Part shown: positions 45,231 to 53,790 of the stretch, piece by piece
Layout of the letters: each line of letters begins with the position of its first letter
Position numbering within the stretch: the stretch's first letter is position 1
Source of the DNA: Bacilli bacterium
Lineage (GTDB): Bacteria > Bacillota_I > Bacilli_A > RFN20 > CAG-826
Length of the DNA stretch: 64,000 nt
Assembly: GCA_022653695.1 (NCBI GenBank)
Contig: JALCSW010000002.1
Location: 436,320 to 500,319 of the forward strand
Reading direction: 5' to 3'
The notes under the pieces: generated by a model
Seen by the model: only the letters and a program-made list of their open reading frames with translations
What the model was told of the DNA's origin: nothing
Databases searched by the model: none
Position numbers and translations under genes: made by a program

Positions 45231-46154
45231 TCAACGATAAGTGGACACAACAATCGGCAATCGGAGGCACGTCGAATCCGCAATGGAGACGACGTGGCTC
45301 TTTTCGTGCCCAAGCCTGTATTGCTTCGGCTTCAGACACCCCAGGCAGCGCATGGGCCTTGATTCGTTGAAATGGCCTATGCAGGACTTAACGGAAGCCG
45401 GGACGTCGCCGGAATCGCCGATGCCGAAATCCATGAACATCCCCGTCTTGGCCCATCCGTTTATGGCCTCCGTCGCGCCGTTGCCGGTCGGGGTCCCGGG
45501 ACGTGGCACGCTCCTTGCGATGCCATATGGCTGAAGGGCGTCGTTGCATGCCTTCGAGGAGCGCGCGGAGCCCTGATCCGCGTGGAGCACGGCCTCAAGG
45601 CCCATGCGCTTCTCTTTTTTCTTCTCCAGGAATTCCGCCAGCCCTTCGCAATACGTGGAGGCGTCGCCCTTTCCGGGCGACAGGGGCCATCCGACGGTCT
45701 CGCCGTTCCGGAGATCCATGCAAAGCGCCGGTTCCCAATATCCGCCCGACGCCCGGAAGGCCGTCACGCCGCTCACGACGGCCTGATGAGGTCCGCCCAC
45801 GTCGAGCGAGGCGGGCACCATGCTCGGACAGGCCCTCCTCGGCTCGCCGGGCTTCCTGTGCCTGTAACGTCGGCGCTCGGCGGCGATGCCGAGGCGCCTG
45901 CGGCGTCTCCTCGCGCGCTCATCGCTGACGATGGGGCCGGCGTCGAGCCTGATCTTCGCGTTAAGCCACCCGTATCCGTGGCCGCGGCGCTCGCTGCGAT
46001 ACGCGGGGAACAACGCGATGTCGCCGGATCTCCTCTTCGCTTTCTCGGAAGGGCGGATACGCCTATGCGCCCATTTGCAGTAGCTGCTTCGGTTGACGGA
46101 CGTCTCGTCGCATAGGGCGAGGACGCTCCGTTTCCCGGAAAGCTCCGAGACCAC
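45231..46154 (-). CDS. IS3 orfB (rve/DDE integrase core), degenerate
   Basis: SVNRSSYCKW...GYGWLNAKIRL..., LHADQGS and NGATEAINGWAK follow the IS3 OrfB pattern. The expected W..D.T motif reads VVSGVTAF. The reading frame is open back to the heptamer. Confidence 0.7.
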   Translation of the reverse strand: MVSELSGKRSVLALCDETSVNRSSYCKWAHRRIRPSEKAKRRSGDIALFPAYRSERRGHGYGWLNAKIRLDAGPIVSDERARRRRRRLGIAAERRRYRHRKPGEPRRACPSMVPASLDVGGPHQAVVSGVTAFRASGGYWEPALCMDLRNGETVGWPLSPGKGDASTYCEGLAEFLEKKKEKRMGLEAVLHADQGSARSSKACNDALQPYGIARSVPRPGTPTGNGATEAINGWAKTGMFMDFGIGDSGDVPASVKSCIGHFNESRPMRCLGCLKPKQYRLGHEKSHVVSIADSTCLRLPIVVSTYR

Positions 46155-46464
46155 TTGGCGTTCCTCCCGCTTGTGGAAACGAATCCCTTTTCCGTGCCAC
46201 CCCCTTTCGCCGCATACCCTTTTTTAGCCGGGCGTCCTCGATGCCATTCCTCACGGGCTCTTTGAGCAACCGCTCCTTGGCCATGGCCGAATACTCAGGA
46301 TTCTGATCCAGCTTGGCTTTGGGCTTCGGCCTTTCGAGCCCCGCAGAGACCTCGTGCTGCCTCTGCCAGTCGACGCCGCACTTGTCCATGCAGTCGAGCG
46401 CGGAGAGGCTCTTGCCGTGCAAAGCTTCGCCGGCTTCGAGCCTCTCCTCCTTCGCTGCCTTCAT
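46063..46464 (-). CDS. IS3 orfA (transposase N-terminal/leucine-zipper part)
   Basis: ATG at 46462-46464 with a GGAGG RBS. The protein ends with ...AKERLLKEPVRNGIEDARLKKG..., and the LKK codons (CTA AAA AAG) carry the slippery heptamer. Confidence 0.7.
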   Translation of the reverse strand: MKAAKEERLEAGEALHGKSLSALDCMDKCGVDWQRQHEVSAGLERPKPKAKLDQNPEYSAMAKERLLKEPVRNGIEDARLKKGMRRKGVARKRDSFPQAGGTPSGLGAFRETERPRPMRRDVRQPKQLLQMGA

Positions 46465-47170
46465 AGAAAAACCTCCTTGTCTGCAACCATCCTTCCGATT
46501 GGGCATTCAGGGAAGCATGACTGTCCACTTAGAGGTTAGCAGTTCAGATCGACTTTATTGTGATGATGGAACTTGGCTTTGATGATATTCCAAGAATCGT
46601 CGACAGGGAGGTGGGCGACAGAAGTGTTTTTTCGGCGCCGTCTATGCAAAAAGGCTAAAGAATTGTGGAAAACCGGCGCCTGTAAACTCTATGCCTCATC
46701 ATCAGCCAGGTTTGGGAACCTAGATGTTTTGGCGTCTTATCTCGAAACCATAAGCGCCATTTAGGGTCTCATAAAGGAACGCGACGAGAAAGAAGGCAAA
46801 CCAGAAAACAAGGTTGCCCTTCCGGATGCTCTGGTCATTTTAACCGGCAGGACTTTGGCCCACAAAGACGGCAACGGGGTTTTCATCGTTCCCATCGGAT
46901 CGTTGCGATAGCGATTGCCGAAAAACGTTCGAACAGGCAATCCGCCGCTCCGAAAAAGAATCTTCGAGCGACGTCTATATGTGTGCTGATGGAGTGCGTA
47001 GTTAATGGCGACAGGCGCAAGCAAGTATCCAAGAAAAATTGGTTTTTGATGATTGATGACATCCTCTTTTCCCTTAAATGAGAAATTTCACGCACCCTCC
47101 GGCGTTTGCGAGGTTAGTCCTTGTCACTGATAAAAGGTTGCATTACAATTGTAGTGCAGGAGGAACCTTT

Positions 47171-47392
47171 ATGTGCGTTTATTCAATCAGACTGACCGAC
47201 AACGAGAAAATCGCGTTAGAAGCCTATTCCAAAGCCAACGGGATCACGATGTCGGAGGCCCTCAAAGGCGCCTTCTTCGATATGCTCGAGGATGAATACG
47301 ACATCAAAGCGGCCGACAAGGCCCTGGCCAAATATCGAGAGAACCCCAAGATTATCCCATCGGATGAAATCTACAAGAAATATGGCGTATAA
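47171..47392 (+). CDS. RelB/DinJ-like (RHH) type II antitoxin
   Basis: GGAGG RBS. 73 aa: MCVYSIRLTDNEKIALEAYSKANGITMSEALKGAFFDMLEDEYDIKAADKAL... Overlaps the toxin gene by 11 nt. Confidence 0.75.
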   Translation: MCVYSIRLTDNEKIALEAYSKANGITMSEALKGAFFDMLEDEYDIKAADKALAKYRENPKIIPSDEIYKKYGV

Positions 47393-47648
47393 GCTTTTTT
47401 TCACGCCAGAAGTCGACAAGAAACTCGAAAAGATGGACGCCGGGGTGCGGAAGATAATCCTAAAATGGCTCAAGAAAAACGTGGACGGATGCAATAACCC
47501 AAAAGCCCATGGAAGAGCATTGAGCGCCAACAGGGCCGGCCAATGGAGATACCGCGTCGGCGACTACCGCGTAATTTGCCTCATCGACGAAGGAAAACTC
47601 ATAGTCACAGCGATAGACATAGGCCATCGAAGAGAAATCTACAAGTAG
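47382..47648 (+). CDS. relE: RelE/ParE-family type II toxin
   Basis: 88 aa: MAYKLFFTPEVDKKLEKMD...LSANRAGQWRYRVGDYRVICLIDEGKLIVTAIDIGHRREIY, the canonical RelE pattern. Confidence 0.85.
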   Translation: MAYKLFFTPEVDKKLEKMDAGVRKIILKWLKKNVDGCNNPKAHGRALSANRAGQWRYRVGDYRVICLIDEGKLIVTAIDIGHRREIYK

Positions 47649-48005
47649 GATCTTTTGACAGGATAAGGCCTCTCATTTCGAACAAAACCGTCGCAGGCCA
47701 AAAACCATGGAGAGGAAAACGGATAAAAGCCAAGTTCCCTCCAAACAACGTTCGATTGAAAATCCTTTCCCTCCGTCATTCGAACGTTGCGTTGACTCCT
47801 TACTCATGCCGAAGGCTTCGCCTCATTTATGAGAGGAATTGCGCTTTTTGTCTAAATATTCGATGGCGAATAAGCTAAAATGAACGCAGGTTCGCGCATC
47901 GCCGATTCGGGAAACGCCGCACGTTTCCGAAGAAAGAACGATTCGCATAATCCCTCCAAGCCGTCAAAATAAGAGAAGCGGCGCTGGAATAACGGGTTCC
48001 CATCC

Positions 48006-48908
48006 ATGAAAATTAATCGGAAAAACAAGTTCGTCGGTTTGCTCGCCCTGCTTTTGGTTTATCTGGCGGCGATCGCGATCGGCGTTTTCGTTTTCCTTGC
48101 CTTGCCTCGCTTAGAGGTGTACGCCCGGGTTCTTCTGGCGGACATCGCCTCGACCGTTTTCGTTTATCTTTTCGGCGTCGTTCTTAGGAGCGCCTCCGTC
48201 TACGACCCCTATTGGTCGGTTCAGCCTCCCCTCATCGTGTGGGGTCTCATGGCATTTTGCCACAGATTCGATCCCGTTTGCGTCACGATCGCCATCGCAA
48301 CCACTTTGTGGTCGATAAGGCTGACGGCCAATTTCGCCATCGGTTTCAGCGGACTGGGCTATGAGGATTGGCGTTATCGGGACCTGCGGGAAAAGACGGG
48401 AAAACTTTTCCAGCTCGTGAACCTGTTGGGAATTTGCCTCTTTCCCACGCTTATAGTGTATCTAGGGTGCTTGCCTTTCCTTTTCCTCGTCACCTCGAGC
48501 GTCGCCTCTTCCTTCCTCGCTCTTCCAGGGGTTTTTGTGATGCTTGGAGGGACGGCGTTGGAACTGATCGCGGACGCCCAACTGAAACGTTTCGCGAAGC
48601 GGAGAAGCTCCCGCTCGATGATCCTAAAAAGCGGATTGTTCCGTTACGCAAGGCACCCCAACTACCTCGGGGAGATCCTCTTTTGGGTCGGGATGGCGGC
48701 TTCTTGCCTCTACGCCTGCCCGGCGAACCCGTGGATGTACGTCGGGGCGGCCGCCATTTTCCTGATGTTCCGTTTCATCTCGGTCCCAATGGCCGAAAAC
48801 CATCAGAAAACCTATAAAGATGATTATGGCGATTATCTCGGAGCCACCCATGTTTTCGTCCCCTTGCCGCGTTTGACTCGTCATAAAAGCGAAAAGCGCC
48901 CTTCCTAA
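48006..48908 (+). CDS. DUF1295 / steroid 5-alpha-reductase-like membrane protein
   Basis: Polytopic, with a C-terminal GLFRYARHPNYLGEILFWVGMA motif. Confidence 0.8.
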   Translation: MKINRKNKFVGLLALLLVYLAAIAIGVFVFLALPRLEVYARVLLADIASTVFVYLFGVVLRSASVYDPYWSVQPPLIVWGLMAFCHRFDPVCVTIAIATTLWSIRLTANFAIGFSGLGYEDWRYRDLREKTGKLFQLVNLLGICLFPTLIVYLGCLPFLFLVTSSVASSFLALPGVFVMLGGTALELIADAQLKRFAKRRSSRSMILKSGLFRYARHPNYLGEILFWVGMAASCLYACPANPWMYVGAAAIFLMFRFISVPMAENHQKTYKDDYGDYLGATHVFVPLPRLTRHKSEKRPS

Positions 48909-49059
48909 AAGAAGCGAAAACGGAAACCGCTCCGCTAATCGAAAAAGCCGCGTCTCTCGACGGTGGCTTTTCCTTCATTCGGTTGCGGTTCGCCAAAACT
49001 ATAGCGGTGACCGCGTTCTCGCGCGACGGCGAAAGCGCTTGTCGAATTGAAACCGGTTA

Positions 49060-50412
49060 TCAGCCCCTTTGATAGACCACGCTTTTTGAAAGCGCATATC
49101 CCTCGGGCACGGCGTTGACTCGGACTATATCGGACATTTGGAATTCCCCGTCTTCGTCCTTGACGGCATAAAAGCGGTAGATCGTCTCGCCGCCGTCAAA
49201 ACTGAAATAACTCGTCTCCTGACGCGAGTAGAAGTCGAAAACGTCGAGGTTCCCGTCTTTGTTGAGACGAACGATGTAATGATGGTCGCCGTTATCGCAG
49301 CAAATATCGTAAGCGTCCAGGAAGTCTTGCTGGTAAAAATAATCGCAAGCCAAGGGGTTCCCGTTATATTCCCCTGAGCAACTGGCGCCCGCGAGCTCAT
49401 CTAGCGTCAGCGTATCCTCGCCGTTTTTGAAGGTCCCTTCATAAGAGGCGGGAACGAAGAAAACGGTGTGGTAGTAAACGCCGGAATAGTCGCCGAAATC
49501 CTGGCAGGAAATATCGGTATAAGAAAGCAAGGAGGCCGCGACCACGACCGGTTCGGCGTAGGCTTCGCCCGTCAAAACCGAATTCGGAAAGGAAGTGACG
49601 ACGCTTTCGACGTAGGAGGACACGACCCCATCACTCACGCCGATGGTGGCGATTTGCGAAACCGAGGCCGAAAAGCCGATTTTCCAATCGTCTTCCGGAA
49701 AAATATCGTAATCATCGAAGAAATCGCTGTAGGAAACCTCTGTTTCAAGATCGAAAGAGAAGGTGAAGGAGGACTCGAAATCCCCCTCCGCTTTTAGCGG
49801 CGCGTCAAGGTAGGGTCCATCCGAAAACAACGACAACGCGAGATCGTTGAAATCCTTGTCTTTGAAATAATGGGAAAGATCGCTTTGGTCGACGTCATCG
49901 TCCACGATACTGCCATAGTACGAATCGCCGTTCAAATGATCGACGCCGACCTCGTAATAATTGTACTCATCATCGTAATAATGAAGTTCCGTGGAGTTTT
50001 CCGTCGCTTCCGTTTTGCCGGAATCGGCGTCGACTTCGGTCGAGGCGATCTCCGAGGAGGACACATAATTGTCGTATATGGTTTTTCGCTCCGTCATCGT
50101 TTTGTCGTAATCGTACCCATCGATATCCTGACCGATGATGGAACCGTAGAAAGAAGAGGAGCCATTGGATTCGTTGACGTAATAAGACGCGAGATGGCTC
50201 GCCTTTGAATCGATATGACTTTTGATTTCCTCGGCGAGCGAGGGTTGGCTTTGGGAAGAGGAGGAAGAGGCCGATTGCATAGAGGAGTCCCCAGCCGAGG
50301 AAGAAGAGGCTGGTTGCATAGAGGAACTCTCCGCTAGGGAAGAGGCCGGATCGCAGGCGCTAAGAACGAACAAAGGGGCGGATAGAAGCAGGATCGAAGC
50401 GATTTTTTTCAT
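49060..50412 (-). CDS. Hypothetical lipoprotein with Ser-rich linker
   Basis: Signal MKKIASILLLSAPLFVLSAC (lipobox LSAC). The linker has the repeated SSMQ(P/S)ASSSS unit. The mature part is acidic and Tyr/Asp-rich. Confidence 0.75.
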   Translation of the reverse strand: MKKIASILLLSAPLFVLSACDPASSLAESSSMQPASSSSAGDSSMQSASSSSSQSQPSLAEEIKSHIDSKASHLASYYVNESNGSSSFYGSIIGQDIDGYDYDKTMTERKTIYDNYVSSSEIASTEVDADSGKTEATENSTELHYYDDEYNYYEVGVDHLNGDSYYGSIVDDDVDQSDLSHYFKDKDFNDLALSLFSDGPYLDAPLKAEGDFESSFTFSFDLETEVSYSDFFDDYDIFPEDDWKIGFSASVSQIATIGVSDGVVSSYVESVVTSFPNSVLTGEAYAEPVVVAASLLSYTDISCQDFGDYSGVYYHTVFFVPASYEGTFKNGEDTLTLDELAGASCSGEYNGNPLACDYFYQQDFLDAYDICCDNGDHHYIVRLNKDGNLDVFDFYSRQETSYFSFDGGETIYRFYAVKDEDGEFQMSDIVRVNAVPEGYALSKSVVYQRG

Positions 50413-50428
50413 GGGTGAACTCCTTATT

Positions 50429-50457
50429 AAATGGTTGCATTATAGAGGCAAGGAACG
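50429..50457 (-). promoter_or_regulatory. Candidate sigma-70 promoter of the 49060..50412 lipoprotein gene
   Basis: On the minus strand: TTGAAC (50452-50457), 17-nt spacer, TATAAT (50429-50434). An AAGGAG RBS lies before the ATG. Confidence 0.55.
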
Positions 50458-50666
50458 GAACGTTCAATGGTTATGTCGAGATTGGAAAAAATCAGCGAAA
50501 ATGAGATTTAAAACCTGATTTTTCACCAAAGCATATGAACGATGGACACACTCAAAAAAGCGGTACCCTCGCTCTTCCAGCAGGTTGCCTTCGCCCTTGA
50601 GAAAACACTCGCGCATGCTTTATTTCGCCACCGATTGCCTCGGCGATGAAATCATATGTCTGCGTT

Positions 50667-51185
50667 TCAGTATATGATCCCGGTTTTGTTCGTCGTTAAT
50701 GCGCTGATGGAAATCTTGTCGCTTCCGAAACGAAAACTGACGTTGCCTTTGCCAAACGATAACGTGGTTTCGTCCTGTTTCGCGAAGCCTTCCCCGACCA
50801 TGGTGCCTTCGATTGCTTCTTCTTCCGATTCCAAACTCAGTCCGTATACGAAGATGGCGGGATCGGTTATTTCGATTTTGGTCACCGCCGGGTCGTCCTT
50901 CAAATCCGGATATCCGCTCACGAGATAAGTGACGTGCCTTTCCGGAACGCGCGCGGGGCCGCCAAGGACCGCGTACCTCGAATCCAAATACTCGCTGGCG
51001 CCGAACCATCCCGGAAGATAAGCGCAGTCCTCTAAATCGGCGGCGGAAACCCTCTGCGTGATCCATAGCTCGAGATTGGTGTCGTCGGGCCTGTCGAGGC
51101 GCTGGCCCTGACTGGAGCACCCTCCGAGCGAAAATAGAAGCGCGGACGCCGCTAGGCTAGCCAAAAGCCGCTTTCCGGACGTCAT
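50667..51185 (-). CDS. Hypothetical lipoprotein, third gene of the ECF sigma operon
   Basis: ATG at 51183-51185. Signal MTSGKRLLASLAASALLFSLGGC (lipobox LGGC). Starts 4 nt after the upstream stop. Confidence 0.7.
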   Translation of the reverse strand: MTSGKRLLASLAASALLFSLGGCSSQGQRLDRPDDTNLELWITQRVSAADLEDCAYLPGWFGASEYLDSRYAVLGGPARVPERHVTYLVSGYPDLKDDPAVTKIEITDPAIFVYGLSLESEEEAIEGTMVGEGFAKQDETTLSFGKGNVSFRFGSDKISISALTTNKTGIIY

Positions 51186-51189
51186 AACC

Positions 51190-52707
51190 TTAGGCCCCCG
51201 CATATCCCGGATCGACGATCTCGCCGATGGTCAAAGGAACCGAAACGGAAGAGGAGCCGACCTTGACGAACGGCTGCTCGACGCTGAACAAATAAGGGTG
51301 CGAAAGGCTGAAATCGTAAGGTTTTCCCGGAGGAGTGGGCGCCCCAGGTTCCCCGCCGACGATCGTGGCCGAGCAAGAATGGAACCCGTTGTAGTCGAAG
51401 CTCATAAGGGAATCCTGAATGAGGTATGAGAGGCGAATGGGGCCGATGATCCCCTGCGCCATTTTCTCGTTCAGCCCTCTGCTTGTGGCGTTAGGAAAGG
51501 CCTTCGCGAGGGCTTCGCCATCGAGGGAAATGTCGTTTTCGAGCTTAAAATAAGGAGCCAGGATGGAAACTTCGTATTTCGACGAGGGCTCCCCCGTATC
51601 CTCGTCGACATAACTCATCGGCTCATAGGAGCCGGACAAGGCCGCGCCGAGAATCCCGCTTGGGAGCCCCTCTTCCTCGTCGGGAAGGTAATACGACATG
51701 TCGAGGTTCCTGATCCTCATCTTGGCCATGGTGAAGCCATCGCCCTCATAGACCTTATGGTCGACCGAAACGTCGGCGATGTAATCGACATCGCGTTCGA
51801 CCCCACCTTCAAAATAGGCCATCTTATGCGTCCCCGAATCGTATTGGCTCTTCAAATTTTCTTTCTCGGCGAACCCGTCGACGCAGTAATAGACCGACAT
51901 CGCGGCGGACGCCAAAGGATCCTCATCATTGAGGGCCAAGCGAGGGGTCGGAAAGCCTTTCAGGCCTTCGGAGGCGAGGTAAGCGTTCCCGGAATCGCTG
52001 GTCAGCGCCTCGTTGTATATGGACGCGTCAAAAACGCGGCCAAGCAAGGAATATAGATCCTCGTCCTTTGGGAGCAGATTCACTTTCTTCGGATTGAACC
52101 ACAGGGAGTTCAGGTTGTATCCGCCGGAAAGGTCGCCGTTTTCCTCTTCCTTCAAAGTGCAAAGGGAGGAAACGACCTCGGAAGCCGCCTCCTTAAGCTC
52201 GCTTTCGCCATTTAACCCCATGAAGGAAAGGAAATCCCCCTCGGCCTCGGAAGTCGAGGTGATGGCGGCCAGGGCGAAGCACATGTAGGCGTCGGGGATC
52301 GATACGCCCAGGCTCCTCTCACCGTTCGTTTTAATCGAATTGTCGAAAGCCAAGGCCACGAAGTTCCTAGCGAACGTCCGATAAGAGGCGTAAGTCGTCT
52401 CGGACATCTCCCTTTTCGGGGAGGCGAGGACCTTCTCGGTCGTCGGGGCGACCAGGCGCGATGCCCTTAGGGCCTCGGAAGAAGGCCCGCTTAGCGGGAA
52501 AACGCCGCCTTCATATAAGGAAAGAGCCACTACTCCGACCGCGACCAGCGATCCGACCGGAATGCCGATTTTGACCCATAACGACTTCGGCTTGGCGGAT
52601 GGTTTTTCGAATTTCTCGTAGTTTATTCTTCCTTCGATGTCGGAGAAAGGCAGCCTTTTTTTGGCCCTTTTCTCGATTTCCTTCTCAAATACGTCCTTAT
52701 TTACCAT
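51190..52707 (-). CDS. Single-pass membrane protein with extracytoplasmic serpin-like domain; positional anti-sigma factor
   Basis: ATG at 52705-52707 with an AAGAGGAAA RBS, overlapping the sigma gene stop by 11 nt. About 45 cytoplasmic residues, then TM segment WVKIGIPVGSLVAVGVVALSLY. The remaining ~430 aa follow the serpin pattern (SLGVSIPDAYMCFALAAITSTSEAEGDFLSFMGL, MAKMRIRNLDMSYYLPDEE, YEVSILAPYFKLE, and the C-terminal DFSLSHPYLFSVEQ...PLTIGEIVDP). Confidence 0.6.
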   Translation of the reverse strand: MVNKDVFEKEIEKRAKKRLPFSDIEGRINYEKFEKPSAKPKSLWVKIGIPVGSLVAVGVVALSLYEGGVFPLSGPSSEALRASRLVAPTTEKVLASPKREMSETTYASYRTFARNFVALAFDNSIKTNGERSLGVSIPDAYMCFALAAITSTSEAEGDFLSFMGLNGESELKEAASEVVSSLCTLKEEENGDLSGGYNLNSLWFNPKKVNLLPKDEDLYSLLGRVFDASIYNEALTSDSGNAYLASEGLKGFPTPRLALNDEDPLASAAMSVYYCVDGFAEKENLKSQYDSGTHKMAYFEGGVERDVDYIADVSVDHKVYEGDGFTMAKMRIRNLDMSYYLPDEEEGLPSGILGAALSGSYEPMSYVDEDTGEPSSKYEVSILAPYFKLENDISLDGEALAKAFPNATSRGLNEKMAQGIIGPIRLSYLIQDSLMSFDYNGFHSCSATIVGGEPGAPTPPGKPYDFSLSHPYLFSVEQPFVKVGSSSVSVPLTIGEIVDPGYAGA

Positions 52708-53239
52708 ACCGTTTTCCTCTTTTCGATTGCCTGAATTTCCTTTTGGCCCTTTGGTAGACCATCCTCGCGGCGTCCTCCGTGATGCTGAGTTTCTTTCCGA
52801 TTTCGGCAAAGGCAAGGCCCTCGACGGCGCGAAGAAGCACGATGCGCGTCGCTTCTTCGGAAAGGACGGCCCGGAGATCGTTCACAAACTCATGGTAGAT
52901 AAGGGACCCATCTTGAGGCGACGCGTCTCCGTATTCCTCAATTGAATCGGTGAAAGCGATCCTTCTGTCCTTGCCTAGACGGTTTAAGGCCATGTTCTTA
53001 GCCGTTGAGACGAGATAATACTTGATTGAGCCCCTCACTTCTTCGGCATGGGAGAAGAAGGCCAAAAAAGCATCGTTGGTGACGTCTTTCATGTCCTCCT
53101 CGTCTTTGAGGTAACGCGAGACGCTGAAAAAGACGAGTTTCGCGTAGGCGCCGTAAATTTCCCCAAAAACCGCTTTGATTTTCTCCTGGTCCCCGCTCTG
53201 GAGCGCCTTGGAGAGAAGCGCCTCATAGCTTTGACCCAT
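52697..53239 (-). CDS. ECF-type sigma-70 family RNA polymerase sigma factor
   Basis: ATG at 53237-53239 with an AAGGAGAA RBS. Region 2 reads YAKLVFFSVSRYLKDEEDMKDVTNDAFLAFF. The region 4 HTH reads EGLAFAEIGKKLSITEDAARMVYQRAKRKF. Confidence 0.85.
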   Translation of the reverse strand: MGQSYEALLSKALQSGDQEKIKAVFGEIYGAYAKLVFFSVSRYLKDEEDMKDVTNDAFLAFFSHAEEVRGSIKYYLVSTAKNMALNRLGKDRRIAFTDSIEEYGDASPQDGSLIYHEFVNDLRAVLSEEATRIVLLRAVEGLAFAEIGKKLSITEDAARMVYQRAKRKFRQSKRGKRYGK

Positions 53240-53404
53240 GAGAAGTTCTCCTTTCTTCTCGCCTACATTCAATAAGACAATCGAAACGCGCGAAAGCGAA
53301 CAATTATTATTAATAATCGAGCAAAGTCATGGCAAATGGAAGCCTTCGCCGCAAAAAACCGCCGCTCATCGACGGCTTTCGTCTCCCGTAGAGAAGAATC
53401 GGCT

Positions 53405-53665
53405 TCAGCGTTTCCTTAAAAACGAGAACGGGCCTTTTCTCGCGTATTCCCGTTTTTCCACGTCAAGCACGCGATACCCTTCCTTTTCCACCGTTTCTTT
53501 GAGCTGAGCCAGATCGACGCCGTCTTCCGCGATGACGGTCGCCTCGTTCTTATAATGGTCGGCTTTGGCCTTCTTGACCTTCGCGACTTTCGAAAGCGAT
53601 TCCTCGACATGGCACTCGCACATGCCGCATTTCATCCCTTCGATCGATAGATGTATTTCCAACAT
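53405..53665 (-). CDS. Heavy-metal-associated (HMA) domain metallochaperone, CopZ-like
   Basis: 86 aa with a GMKCGMCECHV (MxCxxC) motif and ferredoxin-like fold length. Confidence 0.8.
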   Translation of the reverse strand: MLEIHLSIEGMKCGMCECHVEESLSKVAKVKKAKADHYKNEATVIAEDGVDLAQLKETVEKEGYRVLDVEKREYARKGPFSFLRKR

Positions 53666-53688
53666 AGGGCAACTCCTTTGGCTTAACT

Positions 53689-53706
53689 GGTTAGTTCTGC
53701 CTAACC
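53689..53706. promoter_or_regulatory. GGTTAG-N6-CTAACC palindrome (copy 1), upstream of the HMA gene
   Basis: GGTTAGttctgcCTAACC, a perfect 6+6 inverted repeat 24 nt upstream of the HMA gene ATG. Confidence 0.6.
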
Positions 53707-53790
53707 ATTATTATTCTATTCTGACCAAAGCCTTCTTTTCAACCCAAAAGAAAAAGTGGGCCTCTCGGTCCGTCCCAACCATAAACGCCC

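Larger units (their letters stand above)
45223..46546 (-). mobile_element. IS3-family insertion sequence (~1.3 kb), probably defective
   Basis: Imperfect terminal inverted repeats start with TG and share the core TAAGTGGACA (45223-45248 and 46521-46546; 17 of 26 positions match by hand alignment). orfA and orfB overlap, with an A AAA AAG heptamer at 46219-46225. I found no clear target-site duplication. Confidence 0.75.

Noticed and set aside
44987-45370. 127-aa ORF immediately after tRNA-Ser
   Set aside because: It has no RBS, starts inside the tRNA flank, runs across the IS3 left inverted repeat and antisense to the transposase 3' end, and its composition is not protein-like.
46761-47095. 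Minus-strand ORFs 46761..47024 and 46883..47095
   Set aside because: They overlap each other in different frames, have no RBS or motif, and lie in what looks like decayed island DNA. The plus-strand C-terminal fragment in the same region looks more protein-like and is reported separately at low interest.
47543-47878. 111-aa ORF downstream of and overlapping relE
   Set aside because: It overlaps the relE 3' end out of frame, its composition is Arg-rich, and no motif or RBS is present. The region instead contains the hairpin and tRNA-like repeat discussed under the tRNA-Ser islet.
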